From positions 32,001 to 96,000 of the forward strand of contig CAWCKW010000006.1 in assembly GCA_963796285.1 (NCBI GenBank): a stretch of DNA of 64,000 nt, given 5' to 3'. The position numbers and the translations under genes were made by a program. This DNA comes from Nitrospirota bacterium. GTDB lineage: Bacteria > Nitrospirota > UBA9217. Every line of letters starts with the position of its first letter. Position 1 is the first letter of the stretch. A model generated the notes under the pieces. The model was not told where the DNA came from, did no database searches, and saw nothing but the letters and a program-made list of their open reading frames with translations. Shown here piece by piece: positions 43,989-54,326 of the stretch.

Positions 43989-45623
43989 GTGAATCAAGAG
44001 AACGACGCTCCAATGTCTTTGATCAGGGTCTATCAACAGATCGCCTTCTCTCGCAACGCTTTGCCAGCCCCCGAGGGCGTGCTCGCCAAGTTTTGCATTT
44101 ACCTGCCTGACCGTCCTGGCTCACTCGCGGGGTTCGCCTCGACCATCGCGCAGGCCGGGGGCAACATATCCTTTTTCCATTATGACCGCTCCCTGGACAG
44201 CAGCCGTGTGACCGCGGAAGCGCACTTCCGTGACACGGGAGGTCCGGACACGCTCCTGTCATCTCTCAGGGAAAAGAACTACCTCTTTACAAAAGCACAG
44301 GACGCGCAGGACGAGATCTTTATTACCACAGTCGAGAGCGTGCTGGAGATCAAGGTGCGCCTTTCGAATGAACCGGGCACGCTTGCCGCGTTCGCGGAAT
44401 TGCTTGCCGCACATCGGGCAAACGTCATCTACATGCTGTACCATGAGGAGCTCGACCCCGAGTCAGCGGACATCGCCATGGCCACCGCCAGCCCCCGGGA
44501 TATCACCGAGCTCCTGCAGGCGATCAACGAGCAAGGATACCATTACCGTGTCGTCTACCGCGGAAGCAACGAGCAAGAAGCGGCGAACATCATCGGGCTA
44601 AAGATGGTCGAGAAGTTCTTCCTTCGTTTGAAGAACCTTCTCCCGGCGAGCGACATTGCCGAGATCAAATCGCTCGTCGAATCATCGACGGACCTCTACC
44701 AGGACCTCGTGCTGTTCGCTACCGAAGCTGGGAATAACCTTGAGGCGGGCGACGTGTATGAGACGGTCCTCACCTTCGCCTCCCGTTCAAGGAGCAGGAC
44801 CGGCGACAAGTTCGCGGCAGCAGAGATGCGGCAACTGCACTTCCCCGGCCCTGTGGCGCTCTACGGCTTCCGACTGCCCACGAGCGAGAACATCTACCTT
44901 TTCCACGATAAGGAAGAACTGACGATGATCGACGCGGGCCATGGCATCTATTACGACGATATCAAAAAAATGCTGAGAACGCGGGGCATGGACCCGTCAC
45001 AAGTGACACGGATCTTCATCACCCACCCGGACACGGACCACGCTGGCATGGCAGGCTACTTTGAGCGCGAGTTCGGGTCCCGCGTCTTTATGCATGCAGG
45101 CAGCGCCGACGTCATAGCGAACATGAATCGCGCTGTCGGTGCGACGCATCAGGGGCTGCTGAACCTGAACAAGTATTATACCCGTCTCTCGATACGGTTC
45201 ACGGAGTGCAAGTTCCCCGCGCAGCCGCGCTACTTCCCGACAGAACCGGCTGGGACCATTGGCTCGTTCACCGTGATCGATACCTTCAAGATCGGGCCGC
45301 TCTCCTTCGACGTGCTCGAAAGCCTCGGCGGTCATACTCCCGGGCTTGTCTTCTTTCTGAACCAGGAGTTCGGCCTGCTTTTTACCTCCGATTTTCTGCT
45401 GAACGTGAAGAGCCTGAGGCCGGAAGACAGAGAGCATCTCGGCATCTATCGGTATCTGCTCACGAGTCCGAACCGGGATTCGCTCGTCTATAAGGAAGAG
45501 ACAAAGGCGCTCAAAGAAATGATGCTCGAGATGGGGAGGGAATTGACTGCCCGCGGCAGAACAGCGTACATTTTCCCGGGCCATGGCGATTACTATGCGG
45601 TTGGCGAGTCGGTTGAAAAATGA
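43989..45623 (+). CDS. Tandem ACT domains + MBL-fold metallo-hydrolase
   Basis: PDRPGSLA..GGNI and NEPGTLA..ANV (ACT); IDAG, THPDTDHAG, GHTPG, SD, PGHG. Confidence 0.8.
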   Translation: MNQENDAPMSLIRVYQQIAFSRNALPAPEGVLAKFCIYLPDRPGSLAGFASTIAQAGGNISFFHYDRSLDSSRVTAEAHFRDTGGPDTLLSSLREKNYLFTKAQDAQDEIFITTVESVLEIKVRLSNEPGTLAAFAELLAAHRANVIYMLYHEELDPESADIAMATASPRDITELLQAINEQGYHYRVVYRGSNEQEAANIIGLKMVEKFFLRLKNLLPASDIAEIKSLVESSTDLYQDLVLFATEAGNNLEAGDVYETVLTFASRSRSRTGDKFAAAEMRQLHFPGPVALYGFRLPTSENIYLFHDKEELTMIDAGHGIYYDDIKKMLRTRGMDPSQVTRIFITHPDTDHAGMAGYFEREFGSRVFMHAGSADVIANMNRAVGATHQGLLNLNKYYTRLSIRFTECKFPAQPRYFPTEPAGTIGSFTVIDTFKIGPLSFDVLESLGGHTPGLVFFLNQEFGLLFTSDFLLNVKSLRPEDREHLGIYRYLLTSPNRDSLVYKEETKALKEMMLEMGRELTARGRTAYIFPGHGDYYAVGESVEK

Positions 45624-45797
45624 CAGGCGTTTGTTTCGAGGGATGATTGAATATCGAGATCTTACAGCAGTTGGGTCCCAAGTACTGTTGCCCTCACCAC
45701 CTCGTGTGTACGCTCAACCAGATGTGATCGCCATCGAATGCGGATTGTAACATTCACATGAACCGCTCGGGTGAGGGAGCGGGCGGCTCTTGGGACA

Positions 45798-46322
45798 TCA
45801 ATTGTAATTCACCATGTTTTCTATGTTCTTTGTTTGTAACTCAGCGCGTTCCCATACCACCTTTATCGAATCCGCGGCAATGCTCCGCCAATACAGTCCG
45901 GTTGGTCTATAGAGGTGGCTCTCTGTTGACAGATCATATTTCTGCACCAGTGGATCGAGCTCCTGGCTCACATAGATGCGTCCCTTGGGGACGAATTCAA
46001 ATTGTGACAAATGGTTCCGATAGTTGCAAAGCAGCAACCCGTCCTGGTAGGTAGTCAACAGGTTTGAGTAGGCCTTGATCACGTCACGCTCCCCCTTTGA
46101 CGTTGACTTGTCTTTTAAGGCCGCCGTCCCAGAGGCAATTCTTTGCAGCAATGTTTCCGGCACATCGCAGGGCTTTCCCGATGCAAGAGAAGTCGTCAGG
46201 TTCCGCGCAGTCCTGTTCAATTCCGAGAATTTGCCTTTATCTATGCCCGGTTCCGATACACACCCCAAGCCGGAAAGCACGATTGCAGACAACAATATAA
46301 TGACCATGCCTTCTTGTCTCAT
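45798..46322 (-). CDS. Hypothetical lipoprotein
   Basis: Hydrophobic N-terminus ending GLGC; RBS AAGGG. Confidence 0.6.
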   Translation of the reverse strand: MRQEGMVIILLSAIVLSGLGCVSEPGIDKGKFSELNRTARNLTTSLASGKPCDVPETLLQRIASGTAALKDKSTSKGERDVIKAYSNLLTTYQDGLLLCNYRNHLSQFEFVPKGRIYVSQELDPLVQKYDLSTESHLYRPTGLYWRSIAADSIKVVWERAELQTKNIENMVNYN

Positions 46323-46653
46323 GCATTCCCTTTAGAACTATAAAAAATTTTTTATTTCAATCCAACGGATGGAAGTCAGATCGCGTCTGTCACGTTATTT
46401 TCGATAAATCATAACGAGTTGAATTCGTAATCCTTTACCGCAGGGTAACAGTCGGCTGATGCGTACGCGCCAAAATACAGCTTGATCTCCCGGAGCATGT
46501 CATCCGTGAAAAGCGGAACCACCTGGGCGAAGCAATCGCGGCTCACCAGGGTGTTCACGTTTGCCTCCCTGTTCGCCATGCCCGCAGTCGCAGCGCAACG
46601 AACATCATGGGGTTCGTGCTTGTCGGAAATGGTGTGCGTGCTCGTATGAGCCG

Positions 46654-47610
46654 CTAGATTTTTGACATCTCCTGGAGCTTTTTGAGGCTCTCCCAGTCAT
46701 CGTCTACGTACTTCTGGAACTGCGCGAGCACTGCCTCGTTGCCCGGTGTGAAGAGGTGCTTGAACCGGCCCTGAAGCTTGAGCCACTCTGAGACCGGCTT
46801 CCTTCTGTCTCCGGGATCATAGTTGATCGTCCACTTCCCGTTCTGAACCTCGTAAAGCGGCCAATAGCAAGTCTCCGCTGCAAGCCTGGTAAGCAGGATC
46901 GAGTCATCTGTCTGGGTGCGCCAGCCGCGGTTGCAGGGGGAGATCACGCCGATGTACGCCGGGCCGTTCGTGGCCAGTGCCTTGCGGACCTTGGTCATAA
47001 GATCCTTCCAGTTATGGGGCGATGCCTGGGCGGTATATGCCAGGTTGTGCGCCGCCATGATGCGCGTGAAGTCCTTGCGTCGATGGGGCTTACCCGAGAC
47101 CTTGGAACCTACGGGACAGCTAGTCGTGTCGGCAGCAAAAGGCGTGGCGCTCGAGCGATGGATGCCCGTGTTCATGTACGCGCCATTGTCGTAGCAGATA
47201 TAGAGCAGCTGATGGCCGCGCTCCATGGCGCCGGAGATAACTTGCAAACCAATATCGTATGTGCTGCCATCACCGCCGAAGGCGATGAACTTCATCTCCT
47301 TCTTCAGTTTGCCCTGTTTGCGGAGCGACCGATACATGGTCTCCATCCCCGAGGCCGTTGCAGCGGCATTCTCATAGGCGCTGTGTATCCACGGTACCTT
47401 CCACGCCGTGTGCGGGAACAGACAGGTCGAGACCTCGAGACAGCCCGAGGCGTTCGAGATCACCACCGGTTCGTCGATGGCCAGAAGGACTTGGTGCACG
47501 ATGGTCGGCGCGCCGCAGCCGGAACACATCCGATGCCCGGCGGTGAGCAGGCGCTCTTTATGCGTTAGTGATTTCAGAGTCAGAGGTTTTCCCTTTATCG
47601 TTGTACTCAT
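46654..47610 (-). CDS. porB: Pyruvate/2-oxoacid:ferredoxin oxidoreductase beta subunit
   Basis: GHRMCSGCG, ASGCLEV, GGDGSTYDIG, YDNGAYMNTG, SPC.RGW; RBS GGAG before 47610. Confidence 0.9.
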   Translation of the reverse strand: MSTTIKGKPLTLKSLTHKERLLTAGHRMCSGCGAPTIVHQVLLAIDEPVVISNASGCLEVSTCLFPHTAWKVPWIHSAYENAAATASGMETMYRSLRKQGKLKKEMKFIAFGGDGSTYDIGLQVISGAMERGHQLLYICYDNGAYMNTGIHRSSATPFAADTTSCPVGSKVSGKPHRRKDFTRIMAAHNLAYTAQASPHNWKDLMTKVRKALATNGPAYIGVISPCNRGWRTQTDDSILLTRLAAETCYWPLYEVQNGKWTINYDPGDRRKPVSEWLKLQGRFKHLFTPGNEAVLAQFQKYVDDDWESLKKLQEMSKI

Positions 47611-47675
47611 GGTGATCTCCGGTATGCGACATTCAAGTGACATATAATCATTGTCCAATCCAGTTTGCCGTGCTT

Positions 47676-48121
47676 TCATACCGCACCGACGATTTTTTCG
47701 TACTCAGCGATCATCTCGTTTCTCTGATTCTTTAATTCGGCAGAAAATATAAAAAATTTGGCCCGCCTCCCGCTGAGCGTTACTGTTGCGATCAGTTTAT
47801 CGCCAGGCACTGCATTTTTTTTATACCGCACGATCTTCTGCACAACGTAGGGATTCGTTTTTAAGCCTTCGACCGCGATCGGAATGAGCGCTGCGGCAAC
47901 AAGACAGACAAATTCGTCCTGGGCATAACCGGGATACGTGGGTGCGCCGGGAAAATGGCCTTCCAGATCCTGGTCGTCATCGCGAATTTCCTTTACCCCG
48001 TCATGATACCGGGAGCACTGGCACTATAAAAAACACCGTCAATTTTTCTGAGGGCCGCCCCTCGATGCGGTAAAATCGTTTCAAGACTTTTTCTATTGAA
48101 GCATATGAAAGGCATATCCAT
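47676..48121 (-). CDS. FabZ/FabA-like hot-dog dehydratase (one frameshift near 48000; absent from the ORF track)
   Basis: Reads MDMPF...ILPHRGAALRKIDG.../GVKEI..LEGHFPGAPTYPGYAQDE...VPGDKL; 446 nt, one base short of 149 codons; RBS GGAGA. Confidence 0.75.
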
Positions 48122-48297
48122 GATTACGTTCTCCAATAATAAATATTTTTTTAATTCTTGTCCGACTTGACCAGCGCCAAATGCCGCTTCTTAGGTTCAA
48201 CCGCGATGACCACCAGGAAAACCTCGGTCACTGATCTTAACCAGAAAAAACGCCGCCTTCTTCTGCGTATTCTCGTCTTTACGAGAAACCGAAGCTT

Positions 48298-49243
48298 TTA
48301 TGGTCCCGCGATCCCGTCGTTATAATGGTCTTTCTCCGGATGGACCCTGTTGATGAGCTCACGAGAAAAGACCCTGTCCTCGACCAATATCCTGCTGAAT
48401 ATAACCCAGCTTCCTTAAGACCGGCACGAACTTCATGGCCGAGGCAATATAGTCATGGGTAAGTCCGGCGCAGTACTTTGGCGAGACCGCAAGCGTGTCA
48501 AGAACGAACTGCTCATCAACAACGCTGACGAAATCAGCGATCAGGCGCGCCGCTTGCAGCGGTTCCTGCCTGATGAACGCAGTGGCCTCCTCGTGCAGCG
48601 CGAGGAATCGTTCCACGATCTCGCGCTCCCTGCGCAGGAACCCGCGATCAGCCACGATCCCGTAGCTCGGGTTGTTCGGCCACAATCGTGACGGAGGATA
48701 GAGAATCCTGCCGCCTGCGAACCGGTTGATCGCGATAGCCAGGGCCGGCGTTCCCACAGCAGCAGCCACATCGTGGCTGACCATCGCCTCGGTCACCTGG
48801 TCTGACCAGGGATAGTTGAGGACCTTGATCTGTTTGTGCAGGCCATGCTGTTCAAGGCAGTCCCTGAGGATCACGTCATGAATGGACCCTGTTCCGGGCA
48901 CGCCGATGGCGTGCCCCTGGAACTGCCGCAGAATAACACCCAGGTCGCTGATCTCCGGAAAGCCGGCAGCCTGCGGTCCCCCTGCCAGGACCGTCCCTTC
49001 CATGTGGCCGCCCGCAACGCAGACGACATTGATGCCCTTGCTCATGCCGATGATCGCGGGCGGCAGACCGACGTAGGCAAGATCCAGCTCGTTCTGCTGA
49101 AAGGCCTTCATGATCGCCGGGCCCGTGCCCATGAGCTTCCACTCGATCGTCGCGCCAAGCCGCGCGTCCGCGTTGCCCTGTGCCATCAGCAGGATCGCCG
49201 TGTGATAGAACGTAGAAAGATGTCCGATCCTGATCTTCTTCAC
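48298..49243 (-). CDS. SsuA/TauA/THI5-like substrate-binding-fold protein (frameshift near 48383)
   Basis: IRIGHL, TGPAIMKAF..ELDLAYVGLPPAI, GVPGTGSIHD; GTG start with GGAG RBS; no signal peptide. Confidence 0.75.
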
Positions 49244-49458
49244 ATGCAATGCTCCGGGAAGAGGATGATCATCGCTGTTGCACATCATAATCCAGATTCC
49301 CGTTGCAGTCAACCCTGTTCAGGAGGCGCGACTGGCTCCGAGTCGCGCCACACATGACGGAGGAGCAGGGGAACGAAAAGCATGGTGCGTCGCAACGGCA
49401 CGGCTGGGAGGCCCTTTCCTGTTGCCGGGCTTCGGACAGTGTGTTACACTATTCCTAT

Positions 49459-51477
49459 ATGAAGATCTCGCTCGACAGGGACACCTCGGAGCTGCTCAGA
49501 ACGTTCGATGTCCTGAACATGCCCGCCTTCATCGTCGACACGCGATGGACCATCCTCTCCTGCAATGACAACGTCCGCGCTGTATTTGAATATGACCGGG
49601 CCGAGATCATCGGCCGGCCTCTCGAGAAATTTATGTCCCTCGACAGCCTGATCCAGGAGCAGGGTGCATCCGGCCCTTCTCTTTCCGACGCCGCGTCCCA
49701 AGACAACGGAGGCTCTGCGATCAGGGCCTTCTGCTTCCGGAAGAACAGCGGCCCGCTGTCGGCCCGCGTTGCCGTCATCCCGAACCAGCAGCACCGTCCC
49801 GACCGGAAGATCGTCGTGGTCCGGGACGCGCCCGTACCAAGGAGCGCACCCGCCGGCACTGCCAGTCCGGATGACCACGCACCCCAGGTCGAGCTCATCA
49901 ACGAACTCAGCAGCATCATCAACTCCAGCCTGAGCATCGGAACGATCTTCCGCATGGTCGTATCGGAGCTGCGGAAAAGCATCGACTACAGCAGGGCAAG
50001 CCTGCTGCTCTACAACGAAGCGGACGACAACCTCCTGATCTTCGCGCTCGACACCGAGATGAGAACCACGATGAAAAAAGGGGTGAAGGCCCCGATCGAA
50101 GGCACGAGCGCGGGCTGGGTCGTGCGGAACAACAAGCCCTGGATCAGCTATGATCTGAAGGAGACCGGGTTCCTCCAGGACCAACGGCTGCTGCACGAGG
50201 GTATCCGTTCGACGATCAGCATCCCCCTGTTCCATGACCGCATGCTCGGCGTGTTCAATTTCGACAGCACCAACGCCTCGCAATACTCGGAAAAGGACCT
50301 GGACCTTCTGCTGCCCGTGGCCAAGCATATCGCGGTGGCCCTCGAGAACGCAGTCCTGTTCGAAGAGATCTCGAAGGAAAAGAAAGAGTGGGAGCGGACC
50401 TTCGACGCCATCACCGACATGGTCTGGATCGAGGACGGCAGACAGCAGGTGATCCGCGCAAACCACACGCTCCTCATGCGGACGGGCTATTCCAAATCGG
50501 AGATCACGAACAAACACTGCGGCGAGCTTCTTGATAAACTGGGGATCACGCTCGACGGCTGCTTGTGCTCGGAGACGCTGTCGCGCAAACAACCGGCCTT
50601 CCAGGAGCTGAAGAGCGCCAGCGGCAGCATCTTCAACTTCTGGGCCTATCCGCTGATCGATGAGGAGGGCCGCCTCTACTCCATCGTCCACTATCTCAAG
50701 GACGTGACGGCCCAGCGGCGGATCGAGCAGCAGCTCATCCGCACGGACAAGCTTGCGTCCCTCGGCACGCTCGTAGCGGGCATTGCCCATGAGATCAACA
50801 ATCCGCTCGGCATCATCGCCGGCTACTCTGAAGCGCTCCTCGACCGCGCCGCTGCGCCTGCCCTGAGCGCCATGAAGGAGTTCGAGGACTTTCCCGATTA
50901 TCTCAAAACGATCCACAGCGAGATCTTCCGGTGCAAGGGCATCCTCAAGAGTCTTCTCGAATTTGCGCGGCCGACGGGCGGCACCTTCCGGGAGATCGAC
51001 ATCAACGAGCTGATCAAGGAAGTGCTGCTCCTGCTCCAGCACCGGACCGCGAAACTCAAGCACACCCTCGAACTCGACCTGGACCGCAACGTCCCGAAGA
51101 TCCACGCGGACGCGGGCAGCCTCAGACAGCTGTTGATGAATCTCCTCCTGAATGCCATTTACTTCACGCCCGAAGGAGGAAGCATCTTTATCAAGACCGA
51201 GCCCGATGATTCCCGGGAAGAGACTCGCTTCCCGGGATGCCCGCGCCGGGTCCGGCTCTCTGTCACTGACACCGGGTCCGGCATCCCGGACGACCTGATC
51301 GACAGGATCTTCGATCCCTTCTTCACGACCAAGCCCGTGGGCGAAGGCACCGGCCTCGGCCTCACCATCAGCCACAAGATCGTTGAAGAGCACGGCGGTT
51401 TCATTGATGTGAAGAGCGCGCCCGGCAAGGGCGCGAGCTTCATCATTATGCTGCCGTCGATCACGTGCCGGGAGTAA
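49459..51477 (+). CDS. Cytoplasmic PAS-GAF-PAS sensor histidine kinase (NtrB-like)
   Basis: LGTLVAGIAHEINNPL, NLLLNA, DTGSGI, FDPFFTTK, GTGLGL; no TM; TTGCCG-17-TACACT promoter at 49422..49450. Confidence 0.9.
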   Translation: MKISLDRDTSELLRTFDVLNMPAFIVDTRWTILSCNDNVRAVFEYDRAEIIGRPLEKFMSLDSLIQEQGASGPSLSDAASQDNGGSAIRAFCFRKNSGPLSARVAVIPNQQHRPDRKIVVVRDAPVPRSAPAGTASPDDHAPQVELINELSSIINSSLSIGTIFRMVVSELRKSIDYSRASLLLYNEADDNLLIFALDTEMRTTMKKGVKAPIEGTSAGWVVRNNKPWISYDLKETGFLQDQRLLHEGIRSTISIPLFHDRMLGVFNFDSTNASQYSEKDLDLLLPVAKHIAVALENAVLFEEISKEKKEWERTFDAITDMVWIEDGRQQVIRANHTLLMRTGYSKSEITNKHCGELLDKLGITLDGCLCSETLSRKQPAFQELKSASGSIFNFWAYPLIDEEGRLYSIVHYLKDVTAQRRIEQQLIRTDKLASLGTLVAGIAHEINNPLGIIAGYSEALLDRAAAPALSAMKEFEDFPDYLKTIHSEIFRCKGILKSLLEFARPTGGTFREIDINELIKEVLLLLQHRTAKLKHTLELDLDRNVPKIHADAGSLRQLLMNLLLNAIYFTPEGGSIFIKTEPDDSREETRFPGCPRRVRLSVTDTGSGIPDDLIDRIFDPFFTTKPVGEGTGLGLTISHKIVEEHGGFIDVKSAPGKGASFIIMLPSITCRE

Positions 51478-51481
51478 GCGT

Positions 51482-52816
51482 ATGATCAACATCCTAGTCG
51501 TCGATGACGAAGAGCCCTTCAGAAGGCTGCTGAACAAAGAACTGGCCCGTAAAGGATACGCCGTACAGGTGGCACGCGACGGCGGCGAAGCCCTGAGCAC
51601 GCTACGCGACAACGTCTTTGACGTGATCCTCCTCGATATCGTCATGCCCGGCGTGGACGGCCTGTCGCTCATGAAGAAGCTGAAGGAGGATTCAGGAGCG
51701 CCGGCGATCATCGTCCTCACCGGTCAGGCGACGGTCGAGACTGCGGTCGACGCCATGAAGCATGGTGCCTACGATTATCTCACCAAGCCCTACAAGCTCG
51801 ACGAGCTGGTGATCGTCATCGAAAGGGCGTATGAGTACCGCCGGCTCTCTGTCAAGAGCAAGCTTCTGGAGCAGGAGCTCGTCAGGAAAGAATCCCCCTT
51901 TGAGTTCGTCGGGAAAAGCAGGCAGATCCAGGAGATCTTGTCCCTCATCATGAAGGTGGCTCCCGCAGACTCGCCGGTCTTCATCCAGGGCGAGAGCGGA
52001 ACAGGCAAGGAGCTCATTGCGAATACGGTCTGGCACTACAGCACCAGGAAGGATGCTCCGTTCATCGCGCTCAACTGCGCGACCCTGTCGGAGAACCTGA
52101 TCGAATCCGAGATCTTCGGCCACGAGAAGGGCGCCTTCACGAACGCCTACCAGATGAAGCACGGCCTCGTTGAAGTGGCGGACAAGGGCACGCTCTTCCT
52201 TGACGAGATCGGCGAGATGCCGATCGCGCTGCAGCCCAAGCTCCTGCGGTTCCTCGATTCCGGAGAGTTCCGGCGGGTCGGCGGGAACAAAACCCTGCGG
52301 GTGGACGTGCGTATGATCGCTGCGACCAACAAGGACCTGTCGGGCCTGATCAAGAACGGGAACTTCCGCGAAGACCTGTATTACCGCCTGAACGTGATCA
52401 ACGTTGCCATTCCACCGCTCCGGGAGCGCAAAGAGGACATTGCCGGGCTGGCAGAGCACTTCCTGAAAAAATACGCGCAGAAGCTGTCCAAGTCCATCGC
52501 GGGCTTCACCGCCGAGGCCCGGGAGCTGCTCACCGGATACAAGTGGCCCGGCAATGTGCGGGAGCTCGAGAACGTCATTGAGCGGGCCGTGATCCTGTGC
52601 GAAAGCGACCAGATCGGCGCAGAAGACCTTTCGATCTCGTCTTATTCAGCCGTCGCGGAGATGAGCGTTAATCCTTCCCTCGAAGAGATGGAGAAGAATT
52701 ACATCCTTCGGGTCCTCAAAGAAGCAGGCGGAAATCAGTCACGGGCGAGCCAGCTCCTCGGCATCGACCGGAAGACCCTGTACCTCAAGCTCAAGAAATA
52801 CGGGATCACTCCCTGA
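51482..52816 (+). CDS. sigma-54-dependent response regulator (NtrC family)
   Basis: Receiver (VVDDE, DIVMP), [30 protein letters not shown], Fis-type HTH. Confidence 0.93.
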   Translation: MINILVVDDEEPFRRLLNKELARKGYAVQVARDGGEALSTLRDNVFDVILLDIVMPGVDGLSLMKKLKEDSGAPAIIVLTGQATVETAVDAMKHGAYDYLTKPYKLDELVIVIERAYEYRRLSVKSKLLEQELVRKESPFEFVGKSRQIQEILSLIMKVAPADSPVFIQGESGTGKELIANTVWHYSTRKDAPFIALNCATLSENLIESEIFGHEKGAFTNAYQMKHGLVEVADKGTLFLDEIGEMPIALQPKLLRFLDSGEFRRVGGNKTLRVDVRMIAATNKDLSGLIKNGNFREDLYYRLNVINVAIPPLRERKEDIAGLAEHFLKKYAQKLSKSIAGFTAEARELLTGYKWPGNVRELENVIERAVILCESDQIGAEDLSISSYSAVAEMSVNPSLEEMEKNYILRVLKEAGGNQSRASQLLGIDRKTLYLKLKKYGITP

Positions 52817-52929
52817 CGCGATCAAGAGGAAACGTGTTCTGCCGGAAGAAAGCCCCTCTGCAAAGGTCAATGATCTGAACCGTTCACACGCGTCACGCCA
52901 TTCCAGAAAACTGGATGAGGAGACAACCC

Positions 52930-53517
52930 ATGGCCGAAGTAGAACTTCCCAATCTTGAAGAGCTCGAAGAGATCAAAGCAAAGACGTTTACAAGACGCGT
53001 TGCGCTGACCACGGCTATTTTTGCAGTGCTCCTCGCCATCACGTCACTGGGCGGCAACAATGCCATGAAGGATATGCTGCTTTCGCAGCAGCAAGCATCG
53101 GACCAGTGGGCCTTTTACCAGTCAAAGGCCCTGCGGGAACATCTCTACAAAACAAACGGCCTGCGAATAGAAGCGGACCTTCTTGAGCGGGGCGCGGGGA
53201 TGAAACCGGCTTCAAAAAAACTGTATGGGGCAATGCTCAGGGACATGCGGGCTGAAGAAAAGCGATATGGCGTGGAGAAGATAAAGATCGAGGAAGAGGC
53301 CAAACATCTCGAGGCGGAACGGGACAGGAACCGCATCAAGGACCCCTATTTCGACTATGCCGAGGTCTTGCTGCAAATATCCATTGTCATGGCATCGATC
53401 TCGATCCTGGCTGTCTCGCGCCAGATATTTTATTTCGCACTTGTTTCCGCATCAATCGGAACGATCATGATGCTGAACGGGTATCTGTTGATCTTTAAGT
53501 TGCCGTTCTTTCATTGA
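52930..53517 (+). CDS. DUF4337 family membrane protein
   Basis: RVALTTAIFA, ASDQWAFYQSK, AEVLLQISIV. Confidence 0.75.
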   Translation: MAEVELPNLEELEEIKAKTFTRRVALTTAIFAVLLAITSLGGNNAMKDMLLSQQQASDQWAFYQSKALREHLYKTNGLRIEADLLERGAGMKPASKKLYGAMLRDMRAEEKRYGVEKIKIEEEAKHLEAERDRNRIKDPYFDYAEVLLQISIVMASISILAVSRQIFYFALVSASIGTIMMLNGYLLIFKLPFFH

Positions 53518-53600
53518 ACTTCCATTCATCACACTGCATGATATACATCCTGGAAACCCGTGAATCATAACGCCGCTTCTCCACGGCCAAGCTGATAAAA

Positions 53601-53633
53601 ACAGCCGAGGCAACTTGCCTCGGCTGTCCTTTT
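53601..53633. terminator. Bidirectional terminator
   Basis: ACAGCCGAGGCA-ACT-TGCCTCGGCTGT with flanking A/T runs between convergent genes. Confidence 0.7.
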
Positions 53634-53665
53634 GCTCCCGACAGTATGCATGCAGGCTGCCATTG

Positions 53666-54205
53666 TTACATTTTGATCCGTGACAACTTTATCGACATCT
53701 CGGATTTTTTCACCCCCTGGTCATAGAGCGTCCAGGTATTCGTGATGTTGTCCTTCCCCTCAAGGGCGATCCGGAGCCCGTGCATGTGCATTTCGGTCAG
53801 AGAAGCAAGTCCGGGATTCTTTTCGGACAGGACGAAGACCAATTCGCTGCCGCCCGAACCCATGAGCTCCATGTGCGGCTGGTTGCCGAGAGAGCAGTAA
53901 TGGGTCATGGTCAGTTTTCCGCCGAAGTCGTGATAGACCGTGACCATCTCGTGGGGTTTGCCCGCTGCAAACCGCTCCACGATGGCGTTACCTGCCGAGG
54001 TCAGTTCATAGATGACCCTGAGCGTCTCCATGCCCTTGCCCATGTCAACGTTACCTTCCCAGACGCCCACTAATTGCTTCATTTTTTCAAAATCCTTCGT
54101 GTGGGTTACCGGCGTGCTCATCTGGTGTTCATCGGAATAGGCGTTGCAGGAACTGAATGCCGATCCCAGAAGGAGAATCATCGCAACGTACATAACCTTT
54201 TTCAT
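53666..54205 (-). CDS. Conserved secreted hypothetical protein
   Basis: Signal peptide; LVGVWEG, EMVTVYH, THYCSLGNQP; strong RBS GGAGGT. Confidence 0.7.
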   Translation of the reverse strand: MKKVMYVAMILLLGSAFSSCNAYSDEHQMSTPVTHTKDFEKMKQLVGVWEGNVDMGKGMETLRVIYELTSAGNAIVERFAAGKPHEMVTVYHDFGGKLTMTHYCSLGNQPHMELMGSGGSELVFVLSEKNPGLASLTEMHMHGLRIALEGKDNITNTWTLYDQGVKKSEMSIKLSRIKM

Positions 54206-54326
54206 AGTTCCACCTCCAGTAAAGTAATGTGTCATAGTCATCTTCACATAATGTTTATGGTTTAGTTTAACACATTTTAACTCGTTCGGTCTTCATTGGA
54301 CGCGTGGCCGGCCAATGCTGCTGCGG

